DNA of 64,000 bases from contig CM035357.1 of the NCBI GenBank assembly GCA_020137815.1, forward strand, positions 2,914,001-2,978,000, in the 5' to 3' direction. The notes under the pieces are model-generated. The model was not told the DNA's origin. It worked only from the letters and a program-made list of their open reading frames with translations, and did not search any database. The translations under genes and the position numbers were made by a program. Numbering within the stretch: position 1 is the first letter of the stretch; each line of letters begins with the position of its first letter. The DNA comes from Hormiphora californensis. Taxonomy: Eukaryota; Animalia; Ctenophora. Of the stretch, positions 45,158-64,000 are shown one piece after another.

Positions 45158-46972
45158 CTGAGAATTAGAAAATAATTGGATTAAAGGGTCCTTTAACCGG
45201 TCGGGCTTCTTCTCACCTGCCATTGGATTTTTAAACTCGGCGACTGTGATGGATTGAAATTTGAGACTAGAAAATTCTATAATCGCACAGTTTATTATTC
45301 GTGCCGAATTGAGCAAATTACTCAAATATCGGATAATTGTTTCTCCATGACATTTCACTCCTAATTAGTACACTTCCTATAATAGTACACTTCCTAATTA
45401 GTGCACTTCCTATAGGAAATGTCATGGAGACACAATTATGCGATATTTGAGTAATTGGCTCAGTTCGACACGTTACATCTTTCTTCTTTGATCGCCTCAC
45501 TGTATCACGAAATGGCGATAGAAAGAGAAAGGGGTAGAAGGAGGGCTGTTTAGTGTTTATAGGGAATGAATTATCGTAAATTCGCATGTTATATATTGGA
45601 TATTGACTCAAACTTTGCATCCTCAGACAGTGCATTCTTTGAAAGACATGGCAATGATAAGATGCATGGTGTTCATGTGAGTAATAAAAACACTTAGGGC
45701 TATATTGTGGAGTCTGGACAGGTCAGATGAATAGGAATTCAGAGAAATTACAAACTGAACGATGAAACTAAAAATATTGTTCGATTTTTTTAAGTTTTTG
45801 GGTTTTGATTGGCATACGTTGCAGGCCCCTTATAATATAATATAAGGGGCCTGGAGGGAATACCGCGCTAGGGGGGAATACATAATCAATCATATCTCCG
45901 GTTCCAGATAAGGTACAGAAATCGTTTTGGTAGCGTTGGAAAGAGGAAGATAACAGCTTTCAAATGCAACCGGTTTCAGGTCTCTATCTTATCAGGAACA
46001 GGAGATATGAACCAAACTCCGCAAAATCGAGTGCGGTAAAATAAAAAAATTCGAGATTTTAATTCAAATTTGAAACAGTGTCCCTGCAGAAATCTGTGAC
46101 GTCACTTTTTGAAAACAACCAATCTTTGAACGGCTATTGCTCAGCCTCCTCAAATCCAATTAACTTCTCTCAAAAACAGCAAGGTAGATAATTGTCAGAT
46201 CTAACAGCTAGTGAAAGAATCAAGCAAAACGGACTTCAGGGGCCAAAGTTATAAGCACCGCCGTTTTTTCGCTCGCAAAGTTATTTTCGACCCAGCCGGG
46301 CCCGTCCTGAGCTCAGGCCAAACGCGCGCGCGGCATTCCCTTCAGTCCCCTCGTTGCGGGGGTGCGCGCATGAGGGGGCTGCAGCGCATTCCAAGGGTTT
46401 TGAAAAAGAAGTTCAGTTAAATTTTGCATTTTTCTGCCGGGACTTTCGCCTGCGTGTGAAGCTGCGTAGTAAGGAACGCGCTTAATATTTGTATTGTACA
46501 ATGCCAAATTTAAAGCGCGCGTTTTATACTGAGTTTAAAAAATAAAAATGTGGATTTTGCTCGATACTTTTTTCTTTCGTGTCCGTGCTTTCGAACGTCA
46601 AACCTTCGACTTCGCACGTCCGTTCCGTGTACGGCCGCGGATGAAGCATCCAAAATATGTCTGAAGTAGAATCCAAACTAAAATGTTCCTCATATTTAAT
46701 GAAATGCCCACGGTAATAGCTCCACCCCTGATGAGATTTTAAGTTTTAACTCGAAATTTTTGAGGCTAGAAGAGATCGTCCTAACCTGGGTTCTTCTTGA
46801 CCTCAGTTCTTCCTAACCTCTAAATTTCTAGTCCATCTCATCAGGGTTAGAGCTATGGCAGTAGGAAATTTCACAAATCACTAGTTAGGGTTAATAGTTA
46901 GGGTTTCAACTTTCACTTAACAAACTTTCTTCCCTTCCCTGTAGAATAGATGCCTCACTCTTGAGTGGTACG

Positions 46973-49900
46973 ATGCAAAATGGTTCGCACACGCCTGTAA
47001 ACACATCACAGCCGTACAACCAGCAAACTCTCTACCTCCCTTCTGATGTCAACAAGCCGGCAAGTCGGCCTGGCTCCACAGGACCACCATCTCTACTAAA
47101 CAGTCGCAATAACAGTGGTGCTTCCTCCCCGGCCATGCCCGGACAGCTTCCTCGGCCGCCCTTCCAGGGCCCTCCAGGATTCGACAGGAACGCTTTTACT
47201 CCTCCCAACATGTCATCTTCTTTTAGGCCGACTTCCTCTTTGCCAACAAGTCTAAACACATCTCCGAGCCGGACACCCATCGGTACATCTGGGTCCACGA
47301 ACAATATTCCGTCAAGTTTTGCTCCCCCTAACGGGATGCCTCCTAGGATGCCACCCTCATTCAGTGGCCCTCCTCGGCCGCCGACTGCGTTTCCCGGGCC
47401 TCCTCCACCACGCCCCACTGGCCTGACCTTCCCTCGACCCGCCTTCAATCCTTCCACCAAACAACCTTTCCCTCCAACGTCGCAGCCGTTCCCTCCAACG
47501 AGTCAGCCACCAACAACTCGGCAGCTACCCCCTCCTTCGCAGCCTCCTGTGTCCCAAACTTACCCTTCTTCGCAGCCTCCTGTTTCCCAACCGTTTCCTC
47601 CCAGGGCTGCTCAACCGTTCCCGCCTACGTCTCAACCACCGACTTCTCAACCCTTCCCTACGTCTCAACCACCGACGTCACAACCGTTCCCGCCGACGCC
47701 TCGACCTAACCAATCGTTCCCTCCCTCTCAACCCCCAACATCCCAAACCTTCCCTCCTACGGCTCAGCCTCCGACGTCCCAACAGTTTCCTCCCTCTCAG
47801 CCGCCCTCATTCCAACCCGGGGGACCCCCACCAGCGCCATTCTATCCTCCTGGTAACTATGGTAACGCCCCACCACCAACAGGCGGTGGTTACACCCCGG
47901 CATTCCCACCTGGTGTGAACAGTGGACCACCACCCCCACCAACAACAAGTGGGTTTGGTCCCCCACCCCCACCAACAACAAGTGGGTTCGGTCCCCCACC
48001 TCCACCACCGACTTCCTCCGCTGCACCACCTCCAACAGACAGCGCCCCGTCACGAATGGGTGCAAGTGGGTTGAGAGCTAAACGTCCCGTGCCCCAATAC
48101 AACACCGCTCCCCCACAACCACCACCACCTGGCATGCAGCCAGCTCCTTCCTACCCAGGTGGTCCCGCTCCTTCTTACCCCGGTGGTGGTGCACCCCCTC
48201 CCCCTCCTGGTGCTCCTGGAAGTGGTGGTGGTCCCTACTCAACTCCTGGGTATGGTGCAGCCCCTGTAAGTGACCCTGCAGCTGATCGAATGAGGAGTTT
48301 AAGTCTCAGTGACATGCCCTACATCAACCTGATGGAGCACCGGTCTGTCTTCCCTAAGGATGAAAAACTGACCTGTCTCCCACCCGTACCTCCTGAGATC
48401 CTCACTAAAAACAAGTATCCAGAACATTTCTGCTCGACCCTGAACGTTATTCCAGCCTCATCGGGTCTTCTGTCACGGTTGAAGGTCCCATTTGGTCTGG
48501 TGATACAGCCCTTCAAGGACATGGAGGATGAAGTGCCGACAGTTCACCCTCCAATACCTAGATGTAAGGTGTGCCGTACCTACGTTAACCCTTATGTACA
48601 GTTAAACGATGGTGCGAGGAGGTGGAAATGTAATATTTGTGCCAGACTGAATGACATGCCTGCAGACTACTTCTACGGAGAGGATGGAAGGAGGATACCC
48701 TTTGATATTGACAAGAGACCTGAACTAACATCTGCGGTTGTGGAGTACATCGCTCCCACTGAGTACTGTACCAGACCACCCCAAGCTGCCATGTATCTCT
48801 ACCTAATTGACGTATCGTGTGGAGCTGTCCAAAGTGGAATGCTGAAGACAGCTTGTAAGGTACTGAGCGAGGAGCTGAATAATGTTACTGGTGACTCTCG
48901 GAAGAGTATAGGAATCCTAGCCATCAACTCTAAACTCCACTATTTCAACCTACACAAGAATAGTGGCCAGCCACAGATGCTGGTAGTACCGGATCTATCC
49001 GAGCCATTCATCCCAACAATCGATGATCTGATGGTGAATGTTAAGGAGAGCAAGGAGAAATTAAAAGAGTTGCTAGAGATGTTACCCTCAGTGTTTGAGA
49101 ATAGTGGGGATGCTGATTGTGCTGCGGGACCTGCTCTTCTTGCTGCAAAAGAGATGATATTTGGTTTTGGTGGACGTGTTACCCTCATGCTCTCTCGTAC
49201 ACCCTCAGCGGGAATTGGAACACTCAAAAAGAGGACTGATAGCGGAAAAGCGGAGGGACTCACTCTCTCACCCTCTGATGTGTTTTACAAGAATTTCGCT
49301 CTGGAGTGTATACAAAAACAGGTTGCAGTTGACTTGTTCCTCTTCCCGAATGACTCAGTTGATCTCCCAACTCTCTCAACTGTTTCTCAGTTCTCATCAG
49401 GATCAGTGTACTACTACCCTAACTATCACTGCGAGAAAAACCCGGTTATGAGCGAGAAATTCGTCAGGGAATTCCGGCATTACATCACACGACCGATTGG
49501 ATTTGAGGCAGTTCTCCGGATTCGCAGTAGCTCCGGTCTTGCTATTCACTCTTTCATCGGGAACTGTTTCGTCCGAGCTCCGGATCTAATAGCCCTGGGA
49601 AATGTTAGTCCGGATGTATCGTTTGGTGTCCAGATCAGTATCGAGGAGGCCATGCACGAGAATAAGTTGGCAATCTTCCAATCCGCCCTCCTGTACACGA
49701 GCATGCACGGTGACAGAAGGATCCGAGTCCAGACCCTGGCCCTCCCAGTCTCGAGCGATCCCCAAACCATCCTAAACAACCTCAACATCACGGCTAGTGT
49801 GGCGTTATTGGCCAAGTTAGCGGTCAACAAGAGCAGCTCAGCGTCCCTGGGTGATGCACGTGAGGCCCTCCAGTATTCTGTGATCGATCCCCTCACTAAG

Positions 49901-50536
49901 TTTAGGGGAGAGTACCACGCCAACTCAAAGGGGTCAGGTCAACTCTTGGTACCCAAATCACAACGTCTCCTACCGCTTTACGTGTCATCACTACTGAAAA
50001 GCCCTGCATTCCGACTCCAGAATGTGTCAATTGATGACCGATATAACTCGATGCTGTCATTTAAAACTCTGCCGGTGGAGGATATCATGTTGATGGTGTA
50101 CCCTCGATTGTTCTCCCTCCACAATCTCGCAGAAACGTGGACTGATAAAAACACCATCCCTCCCAGGTTGTCTCTAACTGCGGAGAAACTAACTCGACAG
50201 GGTGCCTTCCTGGTACAGACTCATGAATATTTCATTATTTGGGTGGGTCGGCACGTATCGGACATTTTCGTTAACTCCGTCTACAACAAAGGGGGTGTGA
50301 GTGACCTACCGGAGATTAGTAACGGTTTAGAACATTTCGATAACTCCATCTCGAACATGATTCATGATTTGGTTGCCTTGTGTTCCAAGGTGCGGGAAGC
50401 ACCGTATACCTTGATAACCGTGCGAGAGGACAGTAGATTTGGTACTCTCTTCCTGCAGCACTTAGTAGAGGACCGATCCGATGGGTTAATGTCGTATTAT
50501 GAGTTTCTGCAGAAAGTTCAGCAACAAGTCGGGTAG
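46973..50536 (+). CDS. SEC24: COPII coat subunit Sec24 (A/B-like), single coding exon
   Basis: Pro-rich N-terminus, zinc finger RCKVCRTYVNP..WKCNIC, trunk YLYLIDVS, IGFEAVLRIR, RRIRVQTL, C-terminal SYYEFLQKVQQQV; first in-frame ATG at 46973. Confidence 0.95.
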   Translation: MQNGSHTPVNTSQPYNQQTLYLPSDVNKPASRPGSTGPPSLLNSRNNSGASSPAMPGQLPRPPFQGPPGFDRNAFTPPNMSSSFRPTSSLPTSLNTSPSRTPIGTSGSTNNIPSSFAPPNGMPPRMPPSFSGPPRPPTAFPGPPPPRPTGLTFPRPAFNPSTKQPFPPTSQPFPPTSQPPTTRQLPPPSQPPVSQTYPSSQPPVSQPFPPRAAQPFPPTSQPPTSQPFPTSQPPTSQPFPPTPRPNQSFPPSQPPTSQTFPPTAQPPTSQQFPPSQPPSFQPGGPPPAPFYPPGNYGNAPPPTGGGYTPAFPPGVNSGPPPPPTTSGFGPPPPPTTSGFGPPPPPPTSSAAPPPTDSAPSRMGASGLRAKRPVPQYNTAPPQPPPPGMQPAPSYPGGPAPSYPGGGAPPPPPGAPGSGGGPYSTPGYGAAPVSDPAADRMRSLSLSDMPYINLMEHRSVFPKDEKLTCLPPVPPEILTKNKYPEHFCSTLNVIPASSGLLSRLKVPFGLVIQPFKDMEDEVPTVHPPIPRCKVCRTYVNPYVQLNDGARRWKCNICARLNDMPADYFYGEDGRRIPFDIDKRPELTSAVVEYIAPTEYCTRPPQAAMYLYLIDVSCGAVQSGMLKTACKVLSEELNNVTGDSRKSIGILAINSKLHYFNLHKNSGQPQMLVVPDLSEPFIPTIDDLMVNVKESKEKLKELLEMLPSVFENSGDADCAAGPALLAAKEMIFGFGGRVTLMLSRTPSAGIGTLKKRTDSGKAEGLTLSPSDVFYKNFALECIQKQVAVDLFLFPNDSVDLPTLSTVSQFSSGSVYYYPNYHCEKNPVMSEKFVREFRHYITRPIGFEAVLRIRSSSGLAIHSFIGNCFVRAPDLIALGNVSPDVSFGVQISIEEAMHENKLAIFQSALLYTSMHGDRRIRVQTLALPVSSDPQTILNNLNITASVALLAKLAVNKSSSASLGDAREALQYSVIDPLTKFRGEYHANSKGSGQLLVPKSQRLLPLYVSSLLKSPAFRLQNVSIDDRYNSMLSFKTLPVEDIMLMVYPRLFSLHNLAETWTDKNTIPPRLSLTAEKLTRQGAFLVQTHEYFIIWVGRHVSDIFVNSVYNKGGVSDLPEISNGLEHFDNSISNMIHDLVALCSKVREAPYTLITVREDSRFGTLFLQHLVEDRSDGLMSYYEFLQKVQQQVG

Positions 50537-51455
50537 TAGGGAGAGGTATTAGGAACTGTGTAATATACGGGGGTGTTTAGTGATTTTCTGAGATTGCGGG
50601 AGAGAATGATTGTGTAAAAATTGTATAGCGATGAGTGAGAGAGAGAGGGTGATATGAGTATTTTATTTTTACTAGCGGGGTTAAATACATCTCTACGTAC
50701 ATGATTATAATGATATGTTGTTCAGAATACTTTTTCAGTGATATATATTATATGATGTAGAATTCGAAAGAGCGAGAGAGTGAGGGAAAGAGTTTTTGTG
50801 TTTGAGATTGGGAAGAGAGAGAGCGCACAGCGTTTATGATATATATCTGTACTTGTTTTGTCCTGTTTGTTGTTAAAGAGCTCATTAAAGTTATAAAATG
50901 TTAGTTTTTTTGACGGGGTAAGTTATTGGATTTTTACCTCTCCTCCCGGGTGTGGTATATAATCATTATATCTCTTTTAGTTCTGTGTTAGAGACGCACG
51001 CAAATTAGTATAAAAAAGAGCTAAAAATTAATTCCACGCCAAGATTTTTCGAGATGGTTAATCTAATGTTTGCCTGATATTTTTTGCCCTAAAATCTTAT
51101 TTCGTAGTTCCCCCTGTGTGTGATATTATCAGGGTATCAAGTATGCTTGGCAGGCTACCCCTCCTCTTTGTGGGAGTTTGTCAGGAACCGACTGAATCAG
51201 GAAATACTGGTCCCTGATTGGCTGATAACCAGTCACGTGACCTAAATAACGAGTTCTGATTGGTTGTTTACTTGTTTCGGTCGGTTCCTGTAGCCTGTTG
51301 AGTGGAATGTTTAATATGGAAGAATGTGTCTTTGTGTGTTATTTTTTGTATGTACCCCATTGTGTTGATTCTACCAATGACCATCACCAATCCGACGTGT
51401 TTCTATTTTAGTTTGATTTTCCCTCACATGTGTTTTCAACCCTTTTACCTGCCAA

Positions 51456-51541
<86 letters not shown>

Positions 51542-51579
51542 GCTAACACTATCTTTATCTCTCTCTCCTTACAGCCGAC

Positions 51580-52012
<433 letters not shown>

Positions 52013-52693
52013 TTTTGTTTTATCATCTCTACGTTTTTATTTATTCGTAAGCCCAAAATGAGATGTGTTTTATTCAAATCAATAAAAAAGGGGAGAGAAG
52101 AGAGAGCATGCGGCTCAAACAAATTCTGTTCGTAACTCGAGCTCCTAAATTGAAGTTATTAATTTTCAGCCGCTGCATCTCTCTTCTCTTCCCTTCCGAG
52201 TGCCACCCTACCACTTCTGTCCCTGCCGTTATTCCCTGTTATTCTCCTTGTTCTTCTGTTGCTATCATGCATCTGACTCCTTCACCCACAAAAAACGTCC
52301 AAAACACGGTATAACTTTTATCTGACCTCTTGATCTCTCAATTTCTTCTCAATTCCTCTTTCTGTTCAGCAGCGATTGTCCGACATATTCTCATTATTCT
52401 ACTGACTACTATATAATCCCGTCTAATCGCTTGATTCGAGTAGACTTCTCTTTCTCTCTCTACAAAGTATGCTAAACTTAGAACTGTATTCTCCCTCTCT
52501 AACCATCTCTCGACCCGTTAGACAATTATGGACGTCTATTCTCTTTCTCTATCTCTCTCACTCTCTCTCCCACTCTCTCTCCAACTATCTAATCTTTTCT
52601 CCCGGCCCAATACAGGGGTAACCTACATTCCCCCTCTCCCGGCCCTATCCAATCCTATCTCCTTCTCTTCACTATCTCTATCTTTGCTAGGAA

Positions 52694-59182
<6,489 letters not shown>

Positions 59183-59897
59183 AGACGAAGATTTGAACTC
59201 TTAAATTTGTATATATATTGCCTTGTTTGTTAAATTATTTTAGTTTGAATGTTTGATACACTGTGAGAGAGGAAGGGAGAGACAGATTTTTTTCTGAAAA
59301 GTTGACTGGGTTCTATTTTTGTGTGCGACGTCTTGATGCCTGTCTGTGTACAGTTTCTTTGTATCATGATATATGAGAGCTAACTGGTTATAGAGATAAG
59401 GGGAGTCTTAAAATAGAGAGAGGAGCTCACCGCGCAGACGGCACTTGCACTTCCTGGTTTCTAGCCGTCTGCAACTCCTCCCCTGCAGCATACGTGGTCG
59501 GTGGGACAATTCTGCAACATCTCCAAAATGTACTAGCACGGCGCGGGCCAGTTTCATACAAAGCTAGGGGCAGGGCGCTAGCGCTGTGCGCAGTTTTAGT
59601 GACTGCGCCGCGCGTCCTCAATTTGGCCTCATTTCTCCGGTTCATTTTGCATTGCACGTGCGAGAAAGGGTCCCCAAGCTGCCGGCTGGCACTGTCTGGA
59701 GAGTTGAAATGAAGAGCAAAAATACACTGACATGACTCTCCGATATTGACTTACCAATTGCAACTGTCTCATTCTCTTAACGCATTTATTCAATTACAGT
59801 ATTCTCACTTTCGCTAAAATAGCTCAAAGTGAGAAAACATAGCTTAGAAAGTTTGACACAACATTTTGTTTCTTCCATCACTCTCTCGCTGTGCAAT

Positions 59898-60814
59898 ATG
59901 CCCTTGAATTTGATTCTTGAAAACGGGGACCACACGAGCGGTCATCATGATCATCACTCCCCCCGGACTTGTGTACTGGTATGCTCCCACTGTGAAGAAG
60001 AGATACACGCTACTGAGAGTGGTATAGTGAGCATTAGGAACAACACCTACCATCCTAACTGTGTACAGTGTAGTAGGTGTACAAAGAGGGTGGATGGAAG
60101 TCTCATGGACTGATGAAGGGAACATGGTGTGTAACGGGATGTCTCTCAAAAACAACAAAGTTTGATGGCTGTAAGGTGGCATTGAAACGTGCTCCCTCTA
60201 TCAATACCGTGACCTATTCAGGTGAACCTCCTATCTCCCTGGCTGATTTGGGCGAGTTTGAGCGTGCCTTTCTGGACGGTCACAACAGGTTCCGTGCTCG
60301 ACACAAAGTCCAACACCTAGTCTGGTCCGATCGGCTCACATCCAAAGCACGGAAATGGGCTATTCACCTGGTGGCGGAGAACAAACGTAAAAACCATTCA
60401 ACAACCCTCTTGGCTGAAAGTGAGAGCGATAGTGGTCTGGGACAAACATGTTGTACCATTCCCTTAATCACTAAAGTTCCTAAAAGTGAGATAGCGGAGA
60501 AAGTGTGTATCCAATGGTACCAAACCGAGGATCACTTTGTTGCCGGAGACATGGCAGTTCAGAACGCTTCAGCTCCATTCACCCAGATGGTGTGGAAGGG
60601 TTCCAAGAGGGTCGGAGCGTGCCTCTTGTTTCACTGTGATATAGCTCTTATCGTGGCGTTTTATTGGCCTGCAGGGAACGAGGAGGGACAGTTTGGGGCG
60701 AATGTTAGCAAGGTTATGAGCACTCCTAGCGTGACGAGGCGGAAAGTTGTAGAGATCGATTCACCTGAGACGGTGTTCCAAAAGAGAGATAGACTCACTG
60801 TACGGGTAGTGTGA
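59898..60814 (+). CDS. LIM domain + CAP/SCP (GAPR-1-like) domain protein; two +1 insertions (~60096, ~60137)
   Basis: Corrected LIM: CSHC..HPNCVQCSRC-x16-CNGC. CAP: FLDGHNRFRARH..LVWSDRL..A..WA..FTQMVWKGSKRVG..VAFYWPAGN. Start codon uncertain. Confidence 0.78.
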
Positions 60815-62190
60815 GGAGAGAGGAAGAGAGATAATAGGACTAGTATTTTATGTGATGTAAAATGTAAATATAGTTTTTGATTTTGAAAGACTGTTGAACA
60901 CACTCAATTATATTTGTATACACTGGAACTTTGAGTTTTCATTTGTCTCGTTACCGCAATACCTAACCCTGCCAGTATCTCGAGAGAGAACATCCTCTGG
61001 AAAATCACTTGGAAATACACTTTTGGAAATTTGAAACTCACCGAGATCCGATGACGTCATTTTCTGACGCGCAAAAATTTTGCGCGCTGAAAAATGAAAT
61101 GCGCGTTAAACTTGATCTTTTGAATGCGCGTTTCAAAATCCAAGCAAAAATTCTTGTCAAGTTGCGCCCAAAATTTATTATTTTGCTTGAGATTTTCTTG
61201 AAAAGCGCTGCCTTATCCCGCGCTATCGGGGACCAGCAGCGTTTGCCAAGAGATCTTCAAGCAAAGGTCAAAATCTTCCGGTGACCTTGCCGCCTCTACC
61301 CCCACCGGGGCTTACAGCCCCTGAGTCCTGCTCGCGCTGGCTCTGTCCCCTAGACCCCGCCGGGGCTGCTCCCCTGTACCCTGCTTGTGGGGGTTTTCAC
61401 CCCCTGACCGTGGCTGGCCCCCAGAGGCCCAGCTCCGTCTCTGCTTGAAAATCGCGACTCCATGAGGGGCCGCGGAAAACTTTTCAGGGAAAAGTTAATG
61501 GCTCACGCATTCAGGTCACGCCCACCAATCACAGCTCAGAACGCACGGATCACAAGAGCTGTGCTGTGATTGGTCAAAGCCGCTTTAAGAGGCTTGTTAG
61601 TGGTTGAATTGTTTATATTTTCTTTTTCGGAGCACGGAATCAGTGTCAAGCGACTCAAGTTAGTGGTGGGGGCGTTGCTTCGATCGAATCGGCGTTCTCC
61701 TAAACGGTGCACGACATTAACTTTCTGAGGCACCTCATTCACTTAAAATATTCGTTGTTCATCCCAGTATTCCACTCAACTGCTTTTGTGACCTTGGTAG
61801 ACATAAAGTCCTTTTTTCAACTGTTCAAGTTTCAAACTTTCATCAACTACAACTTAAAACTATTTATTGAGCAAATTTATTGATAATGGCAGAAACGCCG
61901 AAATGTCTAAATGATCGTCTTCGTTTTAATTATGGTCGATTGTACATTCTTTTAAATTGTAGGAAAAGTAACAAGTCTTTCTCTAACTCTAACTAGAAAT
62001 TATTTCGTCCCCTTTTTATGTGATATGAGATGCATTCGTAATACGAATTTCGTATGCACGCCGGTGCCTATCCCTGGAAAATGCGACACGCATTCTATTT
62101 CGGAATTTTCTAGTCCATCCACTCAGGAAATATAATATTCCCCTGCATTGGTAACTTTCTATCTATCTCTTTTTCTCTCACTCCCCCCCC

Positions 62191-62228
<38 letters not shown>

Positions 62229-62522
62229 TTATTGCTTTCTCATTTTATTTCTCTATTTTGTGGCAGTGTAAATTCATCCAGTACATGTACACTACACAGA
62301 CAGACATGTGCATGTGATTATGCGTTTGTTCGTTTTGGAAACGGAAAGTAGCTGAAAGTTATAATCAGTCGTTGTACCAAATTGAGCCATTTAAGTTACT
62401 TACAAGTTACAATCTGGGTGCAATGATTTGTTTTGCCTAGCTAGACTGTGTTTTACGAACCCCGCAAATGTAAAGGAGGGTTAGAACATAACACGATTTG
62501 TTTCACATTGTCTAGCAACAAC

Positions 62523-62627
62523 ATGACATCAAAGAAGACAGTCCCAGAGATAAAGGAGGCCCTAAAGAACCTTGGAGTACCATTTAAATCTTCACTAAGG
62601 AAGGCTGAACTTGTGGCTCTCCTCGCG
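62523..62627 (+). CDS. First coding exon of a HeH/SAP(LEM)-like protein
   Basis: tctag|caacaacATG; MTSKKTVPEIKEALKNLGVPFKSSLRKAELVALLA|gtgagt resembles the HeH/SAP consensus; downstream exons unresolved. Confidence 0.6.
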
Positions 62628-63254
62628 GTGAGTTTACCCGCCTCATTTTGTATCATGTACACGTGGTTTTCACGTCTCATTATGGGCTCACCCTAGATCA
62701 TGAAACATGCCTTGATCCAACTTTTTCTCAAACTACACGTGGTATCTCAGAATTGAACCATTTTCTTTTTTCAGGAACATGACACGGTAGACGCTTCTCA
62801 CTATTCCCCACCCTACACCAGACGAAAGGTAATCTATAAATAGGAATTTAAATAGTATTTCTATCTTTTTATTGAGCCGATATTTTCCATTTCCTCCTAA
62901 TAGTTTGGAATGATAGTAGGGAAAGTGATACTTTCCGAAAATAGAACACTTACTATCAATCGGCAAGCTATGTCTATACTTATAAAGTCTATGTGTGTGG
63001 CTAAACTTTCATTTTCCCACAAGACCTCTCTCTCTATCCGTCAACTCTCTCAGTCTTCCACTGCCTATCATTCTCTCTATCTTCCTCTCCCTATCTTCCT
63101 CTCCCTCTCTTCCTCTCCCTCTCTCATTTTATCTAGCAAGATCTAACATTATCACAAGCTTCGCACACTCGTTTTTATCTAACAGTACGGCTCTCTCTTT
63201 CCTAGAGCAGGAAGTGTTAGAGAGTTGGTATCCCTCTCGCCCGTAACGGCTCGT

Positions 63255-63412
<158 letters not shown>

Positions 63413-63609
63413 ACACAAATTCTACACGCATCATGGAACATATGGCGAGACTTAGAAGTTAAAAACATGCTGTGAATGATCAATGATTAATGCGGGAAAC
63501 AAGCTATCTAACTAGACAAGACGGTTCCTAATCATTTTTTAATGACATGATATTTTTATCTCTCTTTATCTCTCTCTCTCTCTTTCCCTCTCTCTCTCTC
63601 TCTCTTTCC

Positions 63610-63643
<34 letters not shown>

Positions 63644-63644
63644 T

Positions 63645-63705
<61 letters not shown>

Positions 63706-64000
63706 CTCTCTCTCTCTTTATCTCTCTCTCTCTCTCTCTAAATGCATATCCGGGCTTGGTTAAATATAATTCAACACAACCATTTACTGTCACACACACG
63801 TCTTGTGCGTTGTCCTTGCTCTGCGTGCAGTACACCTCTGTGTTTCTCAGCTGAGTTGTTTTCCTTCCTTTTTCGTATTGTTCAGTATTTCACTCACTTC
63901 ACTGCTTTGGTATGCGTTCAATAAATGCATTGAATATAATGACACACTTCTTGAGCTGCAGCAGTCTCTCTCTCACTCTCTCTCTTTCTCCCTCCCCATC

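Noticed and set aside
46840-46905. TTAGGG telomere-like motifs
   Set aside because: Only two or three scattered copies, not an array.
47032-49923. Antisense ORFs within Sec24 (likewise within the MACPF and ENaC genes)
   Set aside because: Shadow ORFs of real coding sequence with no independent motifs.
61878-61912. Possible hammerhead ribozyme (ttgataatggc-agaaac-gccgaaa)
   Set aside because: The core deviates from CUGAUGA at two positions and stems I and III are not evident; at most a decayed Penelope-type remnant.

Overview
Intron-rich animal (eukaryotic) genomic DNA, probably from a ctenophore. That call is an inference: the ~110-bp repeat translating as QEILVPDWLITS[H/P]VT is one I recall from Pleurobrachia gene models, and the nested-gene layout fits. 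Left to right: (1) a minus-strand gene for a large extracellular protein with a Ser/Thr mucin exon and many Ig-like domains (runs off the left edge); (2) a minus-strand eEF2-kinase (alpha-kinase) gene spread over about 32 kb (13040-45157), mostly invisible in the ORF track; (3) a compact plus-strand cluster: intronless Sec24A/B, RPS23, dynein light intermediate chain, a LIM+CAP gene and a HeH/SAP-like gene start. The eEF2K introns contain a 57-bp satellite, an antisense MACPF pore-forming-protein gene, a sense intronless DEG/ENaC gene with one in-frame TAG, a duplicated pair of kinase exons and many MITEs. A CACGG-ended, 4-bp-TSD (Chapaev-like) transposon splits the last eEF2K coding exon. Recurrent patterns are splice acceptors just upstream of ATGs (possible SL trans-splicing), tandem arrays of splice sites, and single-base +1 insertions in conserved CDSs (most likely long-read errors). 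All homology calls are from motif recognition; no searches were run.
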